From the NCBI GenBank assembly GCA_043228905.1, contig JBHGNT010000008.1:310001-374000 (forward strand): DNA of 64,000 bases, written 5' to 3'. Positions within the stretch are counted from its first letter, which is position 1. Every line of letters begins with the position of its first letter. Of this stretch, positions 44,001 through 55,865 are shown piece after piece. The translations under genes were made by a program, and so were the position numbers. The stretch is from Azolla caroliniana (lineage: Eukaryota > Plantae > Polypodiophyta). The notes below the pieces were generated by a model. It was not told the DNA's origin. It made no database searches and was given only the letters and a program-made list of their open reading frames with translations.

Positions 44001-47000
44001 TTAATTCCATATCATAGGTAGCTTTGTTAGCTTCGATTTGCATATTTGAACACTAAAATCCGATATCACATGGGCCAGGTATGAACATTTTAATTTACTC
44101 TCGGGCTCCTCTCTACTCCCTCCTCTAATTTGGGAATGTCTTCATGTCTCTCGACCTGACTTTCAAAATCTTGATTTTCGAATTTCATAACATAGCTCGC
44201 ATTGTTAGCTTCGATTCGCATGTTTGAACACTAAAATCCGATATCACATGGGCCAGTTATGAACATTTTAATTTACTCTCGGCCTCTTCTGTACTCCCTC
44301 CTCTAATTTGGTAATTTCTTCATGTCTCTCGACCTGAGTTTCAGAACCTTGATTTTTTCATTCCATATCATAGCTAGCCTTGTTAGCTTCGATTCGTATG
44401 TTTGAACACTAAAAGCCGATATGATATGGGCCAGGTATGAACATTTTAATTTACTCTCGGCCTCTTCTCTACTCCCTCCTCTAATTTGGTAATTTCTTCA
44501 TGTCTCTCGACCTGAGTTTCAAAACCTTCATTTTTTAATTCCATATCATAGTTAGCCTTATTAGCTTTGATTCGTATGTTTGAACACTAAAATCCGATAT
44601 CACATGGGCCAGGTATGAACATTTTAATTTACTCTCGGGCTCCTCTCTATTCCCTCCTCTAATTTGGGAATGTCTTCATGTCTCTCGACCTGAGTTTCAA
44701 AATCTTGATTTTCGAATTCCATAACATAGCTCGCATTGTTAGCTTTGATTCGCATATTTGAACACTAAAATCCGATATCACATGGGCCAGGTATGAACAT
44801 TTTAATTTACTCTCGGCCTCTTCTCTACTCCCTCCTCTAATTTAGTAATTTCTTCATGTCTCTCGACCTGAGTTTCAAAATCTTGATTTTTGAATTCCAT
44901 AACCTAGCTCGTATTGTTAGCTTCGATTCGCATATTTAAACACTAAAATCCGATATCAGATGGGCCAGGTATGAACATTTTAATTTAATCTCGGGCTCCT
45001 CTCTACTCCCTCCTCTAATTTGGGAATGTCTTCATATCTCTCGACCTGAGTTTCAAAATCTTGGTTCTTTAATTCCATGTCATAGGTACCTTTGTTAGCT
45101 TCGATTCGCATATTTGAACACTAAAATCCGATATCACATGGGCCAGGTATGAACATTTTAATTTACTCTCGGCCTCTTCTCTACTCCCTCCTCTAATTTA
45201 GTAATTTCTTCATGTCTCTCGACCTGAGTTTCAAAACCTTGATTTTTTCATTCCATATCATAGCTAACTTTGCTAGCTTCGAGTCGCATGTTTTAACACT
45301 AAAATCCGATATCACATGGGCTAGGTCTAAACATTTTAATTTACTCTCGGGCTCCTCTCTACTCCCTCCTCTAATTTGGGAATGTCTTCATCTCTCTCGA
45401 CCTGAGTTTCAAAATCTTGATTTTTTAATTCCATATCATAGCTAGCCTTGTTAGCTTCAATTCGCATGTTTGAACACTAAAATCCGATATCACATGGGCC
45501 AGGTATGAACATTTTAATTTACTCTCGGCCTCTTCTCTACTCCCTCCTCTAATTTGGTAATTTCTTCATGTCTCTCGACCTGAGTTTCAAAACCTTGATT
45601 TTTTCATTCCATATCATAGCTAGCCTTGTTAGCTTCAATTCGCATGTTTGAACACTAAAATCCGATATCACATGGGCCAGGTATGAACATTTTAATTTAC
45701 TCTCGGGCTCCTCTCTACTCCGTCCTCTAATTTGGGAATGTCTTCATGTCTCTTGACCTGAGTTTCAAAATCTTGATTATTTAATTCGATATCATAGGTA
45801 CCTTTGTTAGCTTCGATTCGCATGTTTGAACACTAAAATCCGATATCACATGGGCCAGGTATGAACATTTTAATTTACTCTCGGGCTCCTCTCTACTCCC
45901 TCCTCTAATTTGGGAATGTCTTCATGTCTCTCGACCTGACTTTCAAAATCTTGATTTTCGAATTCCATAACATAGCTCGCATTGTTAGCTTTGATTCGCA
46001 TATTTGAACACTAAAATCCGATATCACATGGGCCAGGTATGAACATTTTAATTTACTCTCGGCCTCTTCTCTACTCCCTCCTCTAATTTGGTAATTTCTA
46101 CATGTCTCTCGACCTGAGTTTCAAAACCTTGATTTTTTCATTCCATATCATAGCTAGCCTTGTTAGCTTCAATTCGCATGTTTGAACACTAAAATCCGAT
46201 ATCACATGGGCCAGGTATGAACATTTTAATTTACTCTCGGCCTCTTCTCTACTCCCTCCTCTAATTTGGTAATTTCTTCATGTCTCTCGACCTGAGTTTC
46301 AAAACCTTGATTTTTTAATTCGATATCATAGCTAGCCTTGTTAGCTTCGATTCGTATGTTTGAACACTAAAATCCGATATCACATGGGCCAGGTATGAAC
46401 ATTTTAATTTACTCTCGGGCTCTTCTCAACTCCCTCCTCAAATCTGGTACTTTCTTCATGTCTCTCGACGTGAGTTTCAAAAGCTTAATTTTTTAATTCC
46501 ATATCATAGGTAGCTTTGTTAGCTTCGATTTGCATATTTGAACACTAAAATCCGATATCACATGGGCCAGGTATGAACATTTTAATTTAATCTCGGGCTC
46601 CTCTCTACTCCCTCCTCTAATTTGGGAATGTCTTCATGTCTCTCGACCTGACTTTCAAAATCTTGATTTTCGAATTTCATAACATAGCTCGCATTGTTAG
46701 CTTCGATTCGCATGTTTGAACACTAAAATCCGATATCACATGGGCCAGTTATGAACATTTTAATTTACTCTCGGCCTCTTCTGTACTCCCTCCTCTAATT
46801 TGGTAATTTCTTCATGTCTCTCGACCTGAGTTTCAGAACCTTGATTTTTTCATTCCATATCATAGCTAGCCTTGTTAGCTTCGATTCGTATGTTTGAACA
46901 CTAAAAGCCGATATGATATGGGCCAGGTATGAACATTTTAATTTACTCTCGGCCTCTTCTCTACTCCCTCCTCTAATTTGGTAATTTCTTCATGTCTCTC

Positions 47001-50000
47001 GACCTGAGTTTCAAAACCTTCATTTTTTAATTCCATATCATAGTTAGCCTTATTAGCTTTGATTCGTATGTTTGAACACTAAAATCCGATATCACATGGG
47101 CCAGGTATGAACATTTTAATTTACTCTCGGGCTCCTCTCTATTCCCTCCTCTAATTTGGGAATGTCTTCATGTCTCTCGACCTGAGTTTCAAAATCTTGA
47201 TTTTCGAATTCCATAACATAGCTCGCATTGTTAGCTTTGATTCGCATATTTGAACACTAAAATCCGATATCACATGGGCCAGGTATGAACATTTTAATTT
47301 ACTCTCGGCCTCTTCTCTACTCCCTCCTCTAATTTAGTAATTTCTTCATGTCTCTCGACCTGAGTTTCAAAATCTTGATTTTTGAATTCCATAACCTAGC
47401 TCGTATTGTTAGCTTCGATTCGCATATTTAAACACTAAAATCCGATATCAGATGGGCCAGGTATGAACATTTTAATTTAATCTCGGGCTCCTCTCTACTC
47501 CCTCCTCTAATTTGGGAATGTCTTCATATCTCTCGACCTGAGTTTCAAAATCTTGGTTCTTTAATTCCATGTCATAGGTACCTTTGTTAGCTTCGATTCG
47601 CATATTTGAACACTAAAATCCGATATCACATGGGCCAGGTATGAACATTTTAATTTACTCTCGGCCTCTTCTCTACTCCCTCCTCTAATTTAGTAATTTC
47701 TTCATGTCTCTCGACCTGAGTTTCAAAACCTTGATTTTTTCATTCCATATCATAGCTAACTTTGCTAGCTTCGAGTCGCATGTTTTAACACTAAAATCCG
47801 ATATCACATGGGCTAGGTCTAAACATTTTAATTTACTCTCGGGCTCCTCTCTACTCCCTCCTCTAATTTGGGAATGTCTTCATCTCTCTCGACCTGAGTT
47901 TCAAAATCTTGATTTTTTAATTCCATATCATAGCTAGCCTTGTTAGCTTCAATTCGCATGTTTGAACACTAAAATCCGATATCACATGGGCCAGGTATGA
48001 ACATTTTAATTTACTCTCGGCCTCTTCTCTACTCCCTCCTCTAATTTGGTAATTTCTTCATGTCTCTCGACCTGAGTTTCAAAACCTTGATTTTTTCATT
48101 CCATATCATAGCTAGCCTTGTTAGCTTCAATTCGCATGTTTGAACACTAAAATCCGATATCACATGGGCCAGGTATGAACATTTTAATTTACTCTCGGGC
48201 TCCTCTCTACTCCGTCCTCTAATTTGGGAATGTCTTCATGTCTCTTGACCTGAGTTTCAAAATCTTGATTATTTAATTCGATATCATAGGTACCTTTGTT
48301 AGCTTCGATTCGCATGTTTGAACACTAAAATCCGATATCACATGGGCCAGGTATGAACATTTTAATTTACTCTCGGGCTCCTCTCTACTCCCTCCTCTAA
48401 TTTGGGAATGTCTTCATGTCTCTCGACCTGACTTTCAAAATCTTGATTTTCGAATTCCATAACATAGCTCGCATTGTTAGCTTTGATTCGCATATTTGAA
48501 CACTAAAATCCGATATCACATGGGCCAGGTATGAACATTTTAATTTACTCTCGGCCTCTTCTCTACTCCCTCCTCTAATTTGGTAATTTCTACATGTCTC
48601 TCGACCTGAGTTTCAAAACCTTGATTTTTTCATTCCATATCATAGCTAGCCTTGTTAGCTTCAATTCGCATGTTTGAACACTAAAATCCGATATCACATG
48701 GGCCAGGTATGAACATTTTAATTTACTCTCGGCCTCTTCTCTACTCCCTCCTCTAATTTGGTAATTTCTTCATGTCTCTCGACCTGAGTTTCAAAACCTT
48801 GATTTTTTAATTCGATATCATAGCTAGCCTTGTTAGCTTCGATTCGTATGTTTGAACACTAAAATCCGATATCACATGGGCCAGGTATGAACATTTTAAT
48901 TTACTCTCGGGCTCTTCTCAACTCCCTCCTCAAATCTGGTACTTTCTTCATGTCTCTCGACGTGAGTTTCAAAAGCTTAATTTTTTAATTCCATATCATA
49001 GGTAGCTTTGTTAGCTTCGATTTGCATATTTGAACACTAAAATCCGATATCACATGGGCCAGGTATGAACATTTTAATTTACTCTCGGGCTCCTCTCTAC
49101 TCCCTCCTCTAATTTGGGAATGTCTTCATGTCTCTCGACCTGACTTTCAAAATCTTGATTTTCGAATTTCATAACATAGCTCGCATTGTTAGCTTCGATT
49201 CGCATGTTTGAACACTAAAATCCGATATCACATGGGCCAGTTATGAACATTTTAATTTACTCTCGGCCTCTTCTGTACTCCCTCCTCTAATTTGGTAATT
49301 TCTTCATGTCTCTCGACCTGAGTTTCAGAACCTTGATTTTTTCATTCCATATCATAGCTAGCCTTGTTAGCTTCGATTCGTATGTTTGAACACTAAAAGC
49401 CGATATGATATGGGCCAGGTATGAACATTTTAATTTACTCTCGGCCTCTTCTCTACTCCCTCCTCTAATTTGGTAATTTCTTCATGTCTCTCGACCTGAG
49501 TTTCAAAACCTTCATTTTTTAATTCCATATCATAGTTAGCCTTATTAGCTTTGATTCGTATGTTTGAACACTAAAATCCGATATCACATGGGCCAGGTAT
49601 GAACATTTTAATTTACTCTCGGGCTCCTCTCTATTCCCTCCTCTAATTTGGGAATGTCTTCATGTCTCTCGACCTGAGTTTCAAAATCTTGATTTTCGAA
49701 TTCCATAACATAGCTCGCATTGTTAGCTTTGATTCGCATATTTGAACACTAAAATCCGATATCACATGGGCCAGGTATGAACATTTTAATTTACTCTCGG
49801 CCTCTTCTCTACTCCCTCCTCTAATTTAGTAATTTCTTCATGTCTCTCGACCTGAGTTTCAAAATCTTGATTTTTGAATTCCATAACCTAGCTCGTATTG
49901 TTAGCTTCGATTCGCATATTTAAACACTAAAATCCGATATCAGATGGGCCAGGTATGAACATTTTAATTTAATCTCGGGCTCCTCTCTACTCCCTCCTCT

Positions 50001-50425
50001 AATTTGGGAATGTCTTCATATCTCTCGACCTGAGTTTCAAAATCTTGGTTCTTTAATTCCATGTCATAGGTACCTTTGTTAGCTTCGATTCGCATATTTG
50101 AACACTAAAATCCGATATCACATGGGCCAGGTATGAACATTTTAATTTACTCTCGGCCTCTTCTCTACTCCCTCCTCTAATTTAGTAATTTCTTCATGTC
50201 TCTCGACCTGAGTTTCAAAACCTTGATTTTTTCATTCCATATCATAGCTAACTTTGCTAGCTTCGAGTCGCATGTTTTAACACTAAAATCCGATATCACA
50301 TGGGCTAGGTCTAAACATTTTAATTTACTCTCGGGCTCCTCTCTACTCCCTCCTCTAATTTGGGAATGTCTTCATCTCTCTCGACCTGAGTTTCAAAATC
50401 TTGATTTTTTAATTCCATATCATAG
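34930..50425 (+). repeat. 14-mer higher-order repeat (2492 bp), six copies, one expanded to 17 monomers (3026 bp)
   Basis: Near-identical read-through ORFs at 37202, 39694, 42720, 45212, 47704 and 50196 (spacings 2492, 3026, 2492, 2492, 2492). Markers AAAAGCCGATATGATA, TTGGTTCTTT and CTGTACTCCC follow the same spacing. Confidence 0.95.
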
Positions 50426-51224
50426 GTAGCTTGGTTAGCTTTAATTCACATGGCTGAACAATAAAATCCGATATCACATGGGCCAGGTATGAACATTTTA
50501 ATTTACTCCCGCCCTCTTCTCAACTCCCTCCTCAAATTTGGTTATTTCTTCATATCTCTTGACCTGAGTTTCAAAATCTTGATTTTTTAATTCCATATCA
50601 TAGCTTGCAATGTTAGCTTCGATTCCAATGTTTAAACACTAAAATCCAATATCTTATTGGCCAAGTCTAAACATTTTAATTTACTCTCGGGCTCTTCTCT
50701 ACTCCCTCCTCTAATTCGGGAATTTCTTCATGTCTCTCGACCTGAGTTTCAAAACCTTGATTTTTTAATTCCGTATCATAGCTAGCTTCGATTCGTATGT
50801 TTGAACACTAAAATCCGATATCACATGGGCCAGGTATGAACATTTTAATTTACTCTCGGGCTCTTCTCAACTCCCTCCTCAAATTGGGTAATTTCTTCAT
50901 GTCTCTCGACCTGAGTTTCAAAATCTTGATTTTTTAATTCCATATCATAGCTTGCGTTGTTAGCTTCGGTTCTCATATTTGAAAACTAAAATCCGATATC
51001 ACATGGGCCAGGTATGAACATTTTCATTTACTCTCGGCCTCTTCTCTACTCCCTCCTCTAATTTGGTAATTTCTTCATGTCTCTCGACCTGAGTTTCAAA
51101 ACCTTGATTTTTTCATTCCATATCATAGCTAACTTTGCTAGCTTCGAGTCGCGTGTTTTAACACTAAAATCCGATATCACATGGGCTAGGTCTAAACATT
51201 TTAATTTACTCTCGGGCTCCTCTC

Positions 51225-54200
51225 TACTCCCTCCTCTAATTTGGTAATTTCTTCATGTCTCTCGACCTGAGTTTCAAAACCTTGATTTTTTCATTCCATA
51301 TCATAGCTAGCCTTGTTAGCTTCAATTCGCATGTTTGAACACTAAAATCCGATATCACATGGGCCAGGTATGAACATTTTAATTTACTCTCGGCCTCTTC
51401 TCTACTCCCTCCTCTCATTTGGTAATTTCTTCATGTCTCTCGACCTGAGTTTCAAAACCTTGATTTTTTCATTCCATATCATAGCTAGCCTTGTTAGCTT
51501 CAATTCGCATGTTTGAACACTAAAATCCGATATCACATGGGCCAGGTATGAACATTTTAATTTACTCTCGGCCTCTTCTCTACTCCCTCCTCTAATTTGG
51601 TAATTCCTTCATGTCTCTCGACCTGAGTTTCAAAACCTTGTTTTTTGAATTCCATAACATAGCTCGTATTGTTAGCTTCGATTCGCATATTTAAACACTA
51701 AAATCCGATATCAGATGGGCCAGGTATGAACATTTTAATTTAATCTCGAGCTCCTCTCTACTCCCTCCTCTAATTTGGGAATGTCTTCATATCTCTCGAC
51801 CTGAGTTTCAAAATCTTGATTTTTTAATTCCATGTCATTGGTAGCTTTGTTAGCTTCAATTCGCATATTGGGTAATGTCTTCATGTCTCTCGACGTGAGT
51901 TTCGAAAGCTTGATTTTTTAATTCCATGTCATAGGTAGCTTTGTTAGCTTCGATTCGCATATTTGAACACTAAAATCCGATATCACATGGGCCAGGTATG
52001 AACATTTTAATTTACTCTCGGGCTCCTCTCTACTCCGTCCTCTAATTTGGGAATGTCTTCATGTCTCTTGACCTGAGTTTCAAAATCTTGATTATTTAAT
52101 TCGATATCATAGGTAGCTTTGTTAGCTTCGATTCGCATGTTTGAACACTAAAATCCGATATCAAATGGGCCAGGTATGAACATTTTAATTTACTCTCGGC
52201 TTCTTCTCTACTCCCTCCTCTAATTTGGTAATTTCTTCATGTCTCTCGACCTGAGTTTCAAAACCTTGATTTTTTAATTCCACATCATAGCTAGCCTTGT
52301 TAGCTTCGATTCGTATGTTTGAACACTAAAATCCGATATCACATGGGCCAGGTATGAACATTTTAATTTACTCTCGGCCTCTTCTCTACTCCCTCCTCTA
52401 ATTTGGTAATTTCTTCATGTCTCTCGACCTGAGTTTCAAAACCATGATTTTTTAATTCCATATCATAGCTAGCCTTGTTAGCTTCGATTCGTATGTTTGA
52501 ACATTAAAATCCGATATCACATGGGCGAGGTATGAACATTTTCATTTACTCTCGGCCTCTTCTCTACTCCCTCCTCTAATTTGGTAATTTCTTCACGTCT
52601 CTCGACCTGAGTTTCAAAACCTTGATTTTTTAATTCGATATCATAGCTAGCCTTGTTAGCTTCGATTCGTATGTTTGAACACTAAAATCCGATATCACAT
52701 GGGCCAGGTATGAACATTTTAATTTACTCTCGGGCTCTTCTCAACTCCCTCCTCAAATCTAGTACTTTCTTCATGTCTCTCGACGTGAGTTTCAAAAGCT
52801 TAATTTTTTAATTCCATATCATAGGTAGCTTTGTTAGCTTCGATTTGCATATTTGAACACTAAAATCCGATATCACATGGGCCAGGTATGAACATTTTAA
52901 TTTACTCTCGGGCTCCTCTCTACTCCCTCCTCTAATTTGGGAATGTCTTCATGTCTCTCGACCTGACTTTCAAAATCTTGATTTTCGAATTCCATAACAT
53001 AGCTCGCATTGTTAGCTTTGATTCGCATATTTGAACACTAAAATCCGATATCACATGGGCCAGGTATGAACATTTTAATTTACTCTCGGCCTCTTCTCTA
53101 CTCCCTCCTCTAATTTGGTAATTTCTTCATGTCTCTCGACCTGAGTTTCAAAACCTTGATTTTTTCATTCCATATCATAGCTAGCCTTGTTAGCTTCAAT
53201 TCGCATGTTTGAACACTAAAATCCGATATCACATGGGCCAGGTATGAACATTTTAATTTACTCTCGGCCTCTTCTCTACTCCCTCCTCTAATTTGGTAAT
53301 TTCTTCATGTCTCTCGACCTGAGTTTCAAAACCTTGATTTTTTCATTCCATATCATAGCTAGCCTTGTTAGCTTCAACTCGCATGTTTGAACACTAAAAT
53401 CCGATATCACATGGGCCAGGTATGAACATTTTAATTTACTCTCGGGCTCTTCTCAAATCCCTCCTCAAATTGGGTAATGTCTTCATGTCTCTCGACGTGA
53501 GTTTCGAAAGCTTGATTTTTTAATTCCATGTCATAGGTAGCTTTGTTAGCTTCGATTCGCATATTTGAACACTAAAATCCGATATCACATGGGCCAGGTA
53601 TGAACATTTTAATTTACTCTCGGGCTCCTCTCTACTCCGTCCTCTAATTTGGGAATGTCTTCATGTCTCTTGACCTGAGTTTCAAAATCTTGATTATTTA
53701 ATTCAATATTATAGGTACCTTTGTTAGCTTCGATTCGCATGTTTGAACACTAAAATCCGATATCAAATGGGCCAGGTATGAACATTTTAATTTACTCTCG
53801 GCTTCTTCTCTACTCCCTCCTCTAATTTGGTAATTTCTTCATGTCTCTCGACCTGAGTTTCAAAACCTTGATTTTTTAATTCCACATCATAGCTAGCCTT
53901 GTTAGCTTCGATTCGTATGTTTGAACACTAAAATCCGATATCACATGGGCCAGGTATGAACATTTTAATTTACTCTCGGCCTCTTCTCTACTCCCTCCTC
54001 TAATTTGGTAATTTCTTCATGTCTCTCGACCTGAGTTTCAAAACCTTGATTTTTTAATTCCATATCATAGCTAGCCTTGTTAGCTTCGATTCGTATGTTT
54101 GAACATTAAAATCCGATATCACATGGGCGAGGTATGAACATTTTCATTTACTCTCGGCCTCTTCTCTACTCCCTCCTCTAATTTCGTAATTTCTTCATGT

Positions 54201-55360
54201 CTCTCGATCTGAGTTTCAAAACCTTGATTTTTTAACTCGATATCATAGCTAGCCTTGTTAGCTTCGATTCGTATGTTTGAACACTAAAATCCGATATCAC
54301 ATGGGCCAGGTATGAACATTTTAATTTTCTCTCGGGCTATTCTCAACTCCCTCCTCAAATCTGGTACTTTCTTCATGTTTCTCGACGTGAGTTTCAAAAG
54401 CTTAATTTTTTAATTCCATATCATAGGTAGCTTTGTTAGCTTCGATTTGCATATTTGAACACTAAAATCCGATATCACATGGGCCAGGTATGAACATTTT
54501 AATTTAATCTCGGGCTCCTCTCTACTCCCTCCTCTAATTTTGGAATGTCTTCATGTCTCTTGACCTGACTTTCAAAATCTTGATTTTCGAATTCCATAAC
54601 ATAGCTCGCATTGTTAGCTTTGATTCGCATATTTGAACACTAAAATCCGATATCACATGGGCCAGGTATGAACATTTTAATTTACTCTCGGCCTCTTCTC
54701 TACTCCCTCCTCTAATTTGGTAATTTCTTCATGTCTCTCGACCTGAGTTTCAAAACCTTGATTTTTTCATTCCATATCATAGCTAGCCTTGTTAGCTTCA
54801 ATTCGCATGTTTGAACACTAAAATCCGATATCACATGGGCCAGGTATGAACATTTTAATTTACTCTCGGCCTCTTCTCTACTCCCTCCTCTAATTTGGTA
54901 ATTTCTTCATGTCTCTCGACCTGAGTTTCAAAACCTTGATTTTTTCATTCCATATCATAGCTAGCCTTGTTAGCTTCAATTCGCATGTTTGAACACTAAA
55001 ATCCGATATCACATGGGCCAGGTATGAACATTTTAATTTACTCTCGGGCTCTTCTCAAATCCCTCCTCGAATTGGGTAATGTCTTCATGTCTCTCGACGT
55101 GAGTTTCGAAAGCTTGATTTTTTAATTCCATGTCATAGGTAGCTTTGTTAGCTCGATTCGCATATTTGAACACTAAAATCCGATATCACATGGGCTAGGT
55201 ATGAACATTTTAATTTACTCTCGGGCTCCTCTCTACTCCGTCCTCTAATTTGGGAATGTCTTCATGTCTCTTGACCTGAGTTTGAAAATCTTGATTATTT
55301 AATTCGATATCATAGGTACCTTTGTTAGCTTCGATTCGCATGTTTGAACACTAAAATCCG
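51225..55360 (+). repeat. Displaced duplicate of the 26.4-32.1 kb HOR region, lacking one 9-mer unit
   Basis: Offset 24825 for markers 26411/51236, 27039/51864, 27701/52526 and 28551/53376. Then offset 23223 (24825-1602) for 30962/54185 and 31931/55154. Confidence 0.9.
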
Positions 55361-55865
55361 ATGTCAAGCGGGCCAGGTATGAATATTTTAATTTACTCTC
55401 GGCTCTTCTGAACTCCCTGATCAAATTTGGTAATTTCTTCATGTCTCTCGACCTGAGTTTTGAAATCTTGATTTCTTAATTCCATATCATAGGTAGCGTT
55501 TTTAGCTTCGATTCCCAGGTTTGAACACTAACATCCGATGTCACACACGCCAGGTATGACGATTATAATTTACTCACGCGCTCTTCTCAATTCCCTCCTC
55601 AAATCTAGTAATTTCTTCATGTCTCTCGAGCTGAGTTTTAAAATCTGGATTTTTTAATTCCATATAATAGCTAACGTTGTTAGCTTCGATTCGCATATTT
55701 GAACACTAAAATCCGATGTCACACGAGCCAGGTATGACAATTTTAATTTACTCACGGGCACTTCTCAATTCCCTCCTCAAATTTGGTAATTTCTTCATGT
55801 CTCTCGACCTGAGTTTTAAAATCTTGATTTTCTTATTACATATCATAGCTAACGTTGTTAGCTTC
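55360..55865 (+). repeat. ~3 monomers of the divergent subfamily, paralogous to 59660-60165
   Basis: ATGTCAAGCGGGCC...CTGAACTCCCTGATCAAA at 55361 and 59662 (offset 4301), collinear for ~500 bp with about 5 differences. Confidence 0.9.

Noticed and set aside
37202-50429. Six near-identical 77-aa ORFs (MSLDLSFKTL...)
   Set aside because: They are chance stop-free frames across satellite monomers, repeating with the HOR period, with no recognisable domain or gene context. They are useful only as HOR markers.
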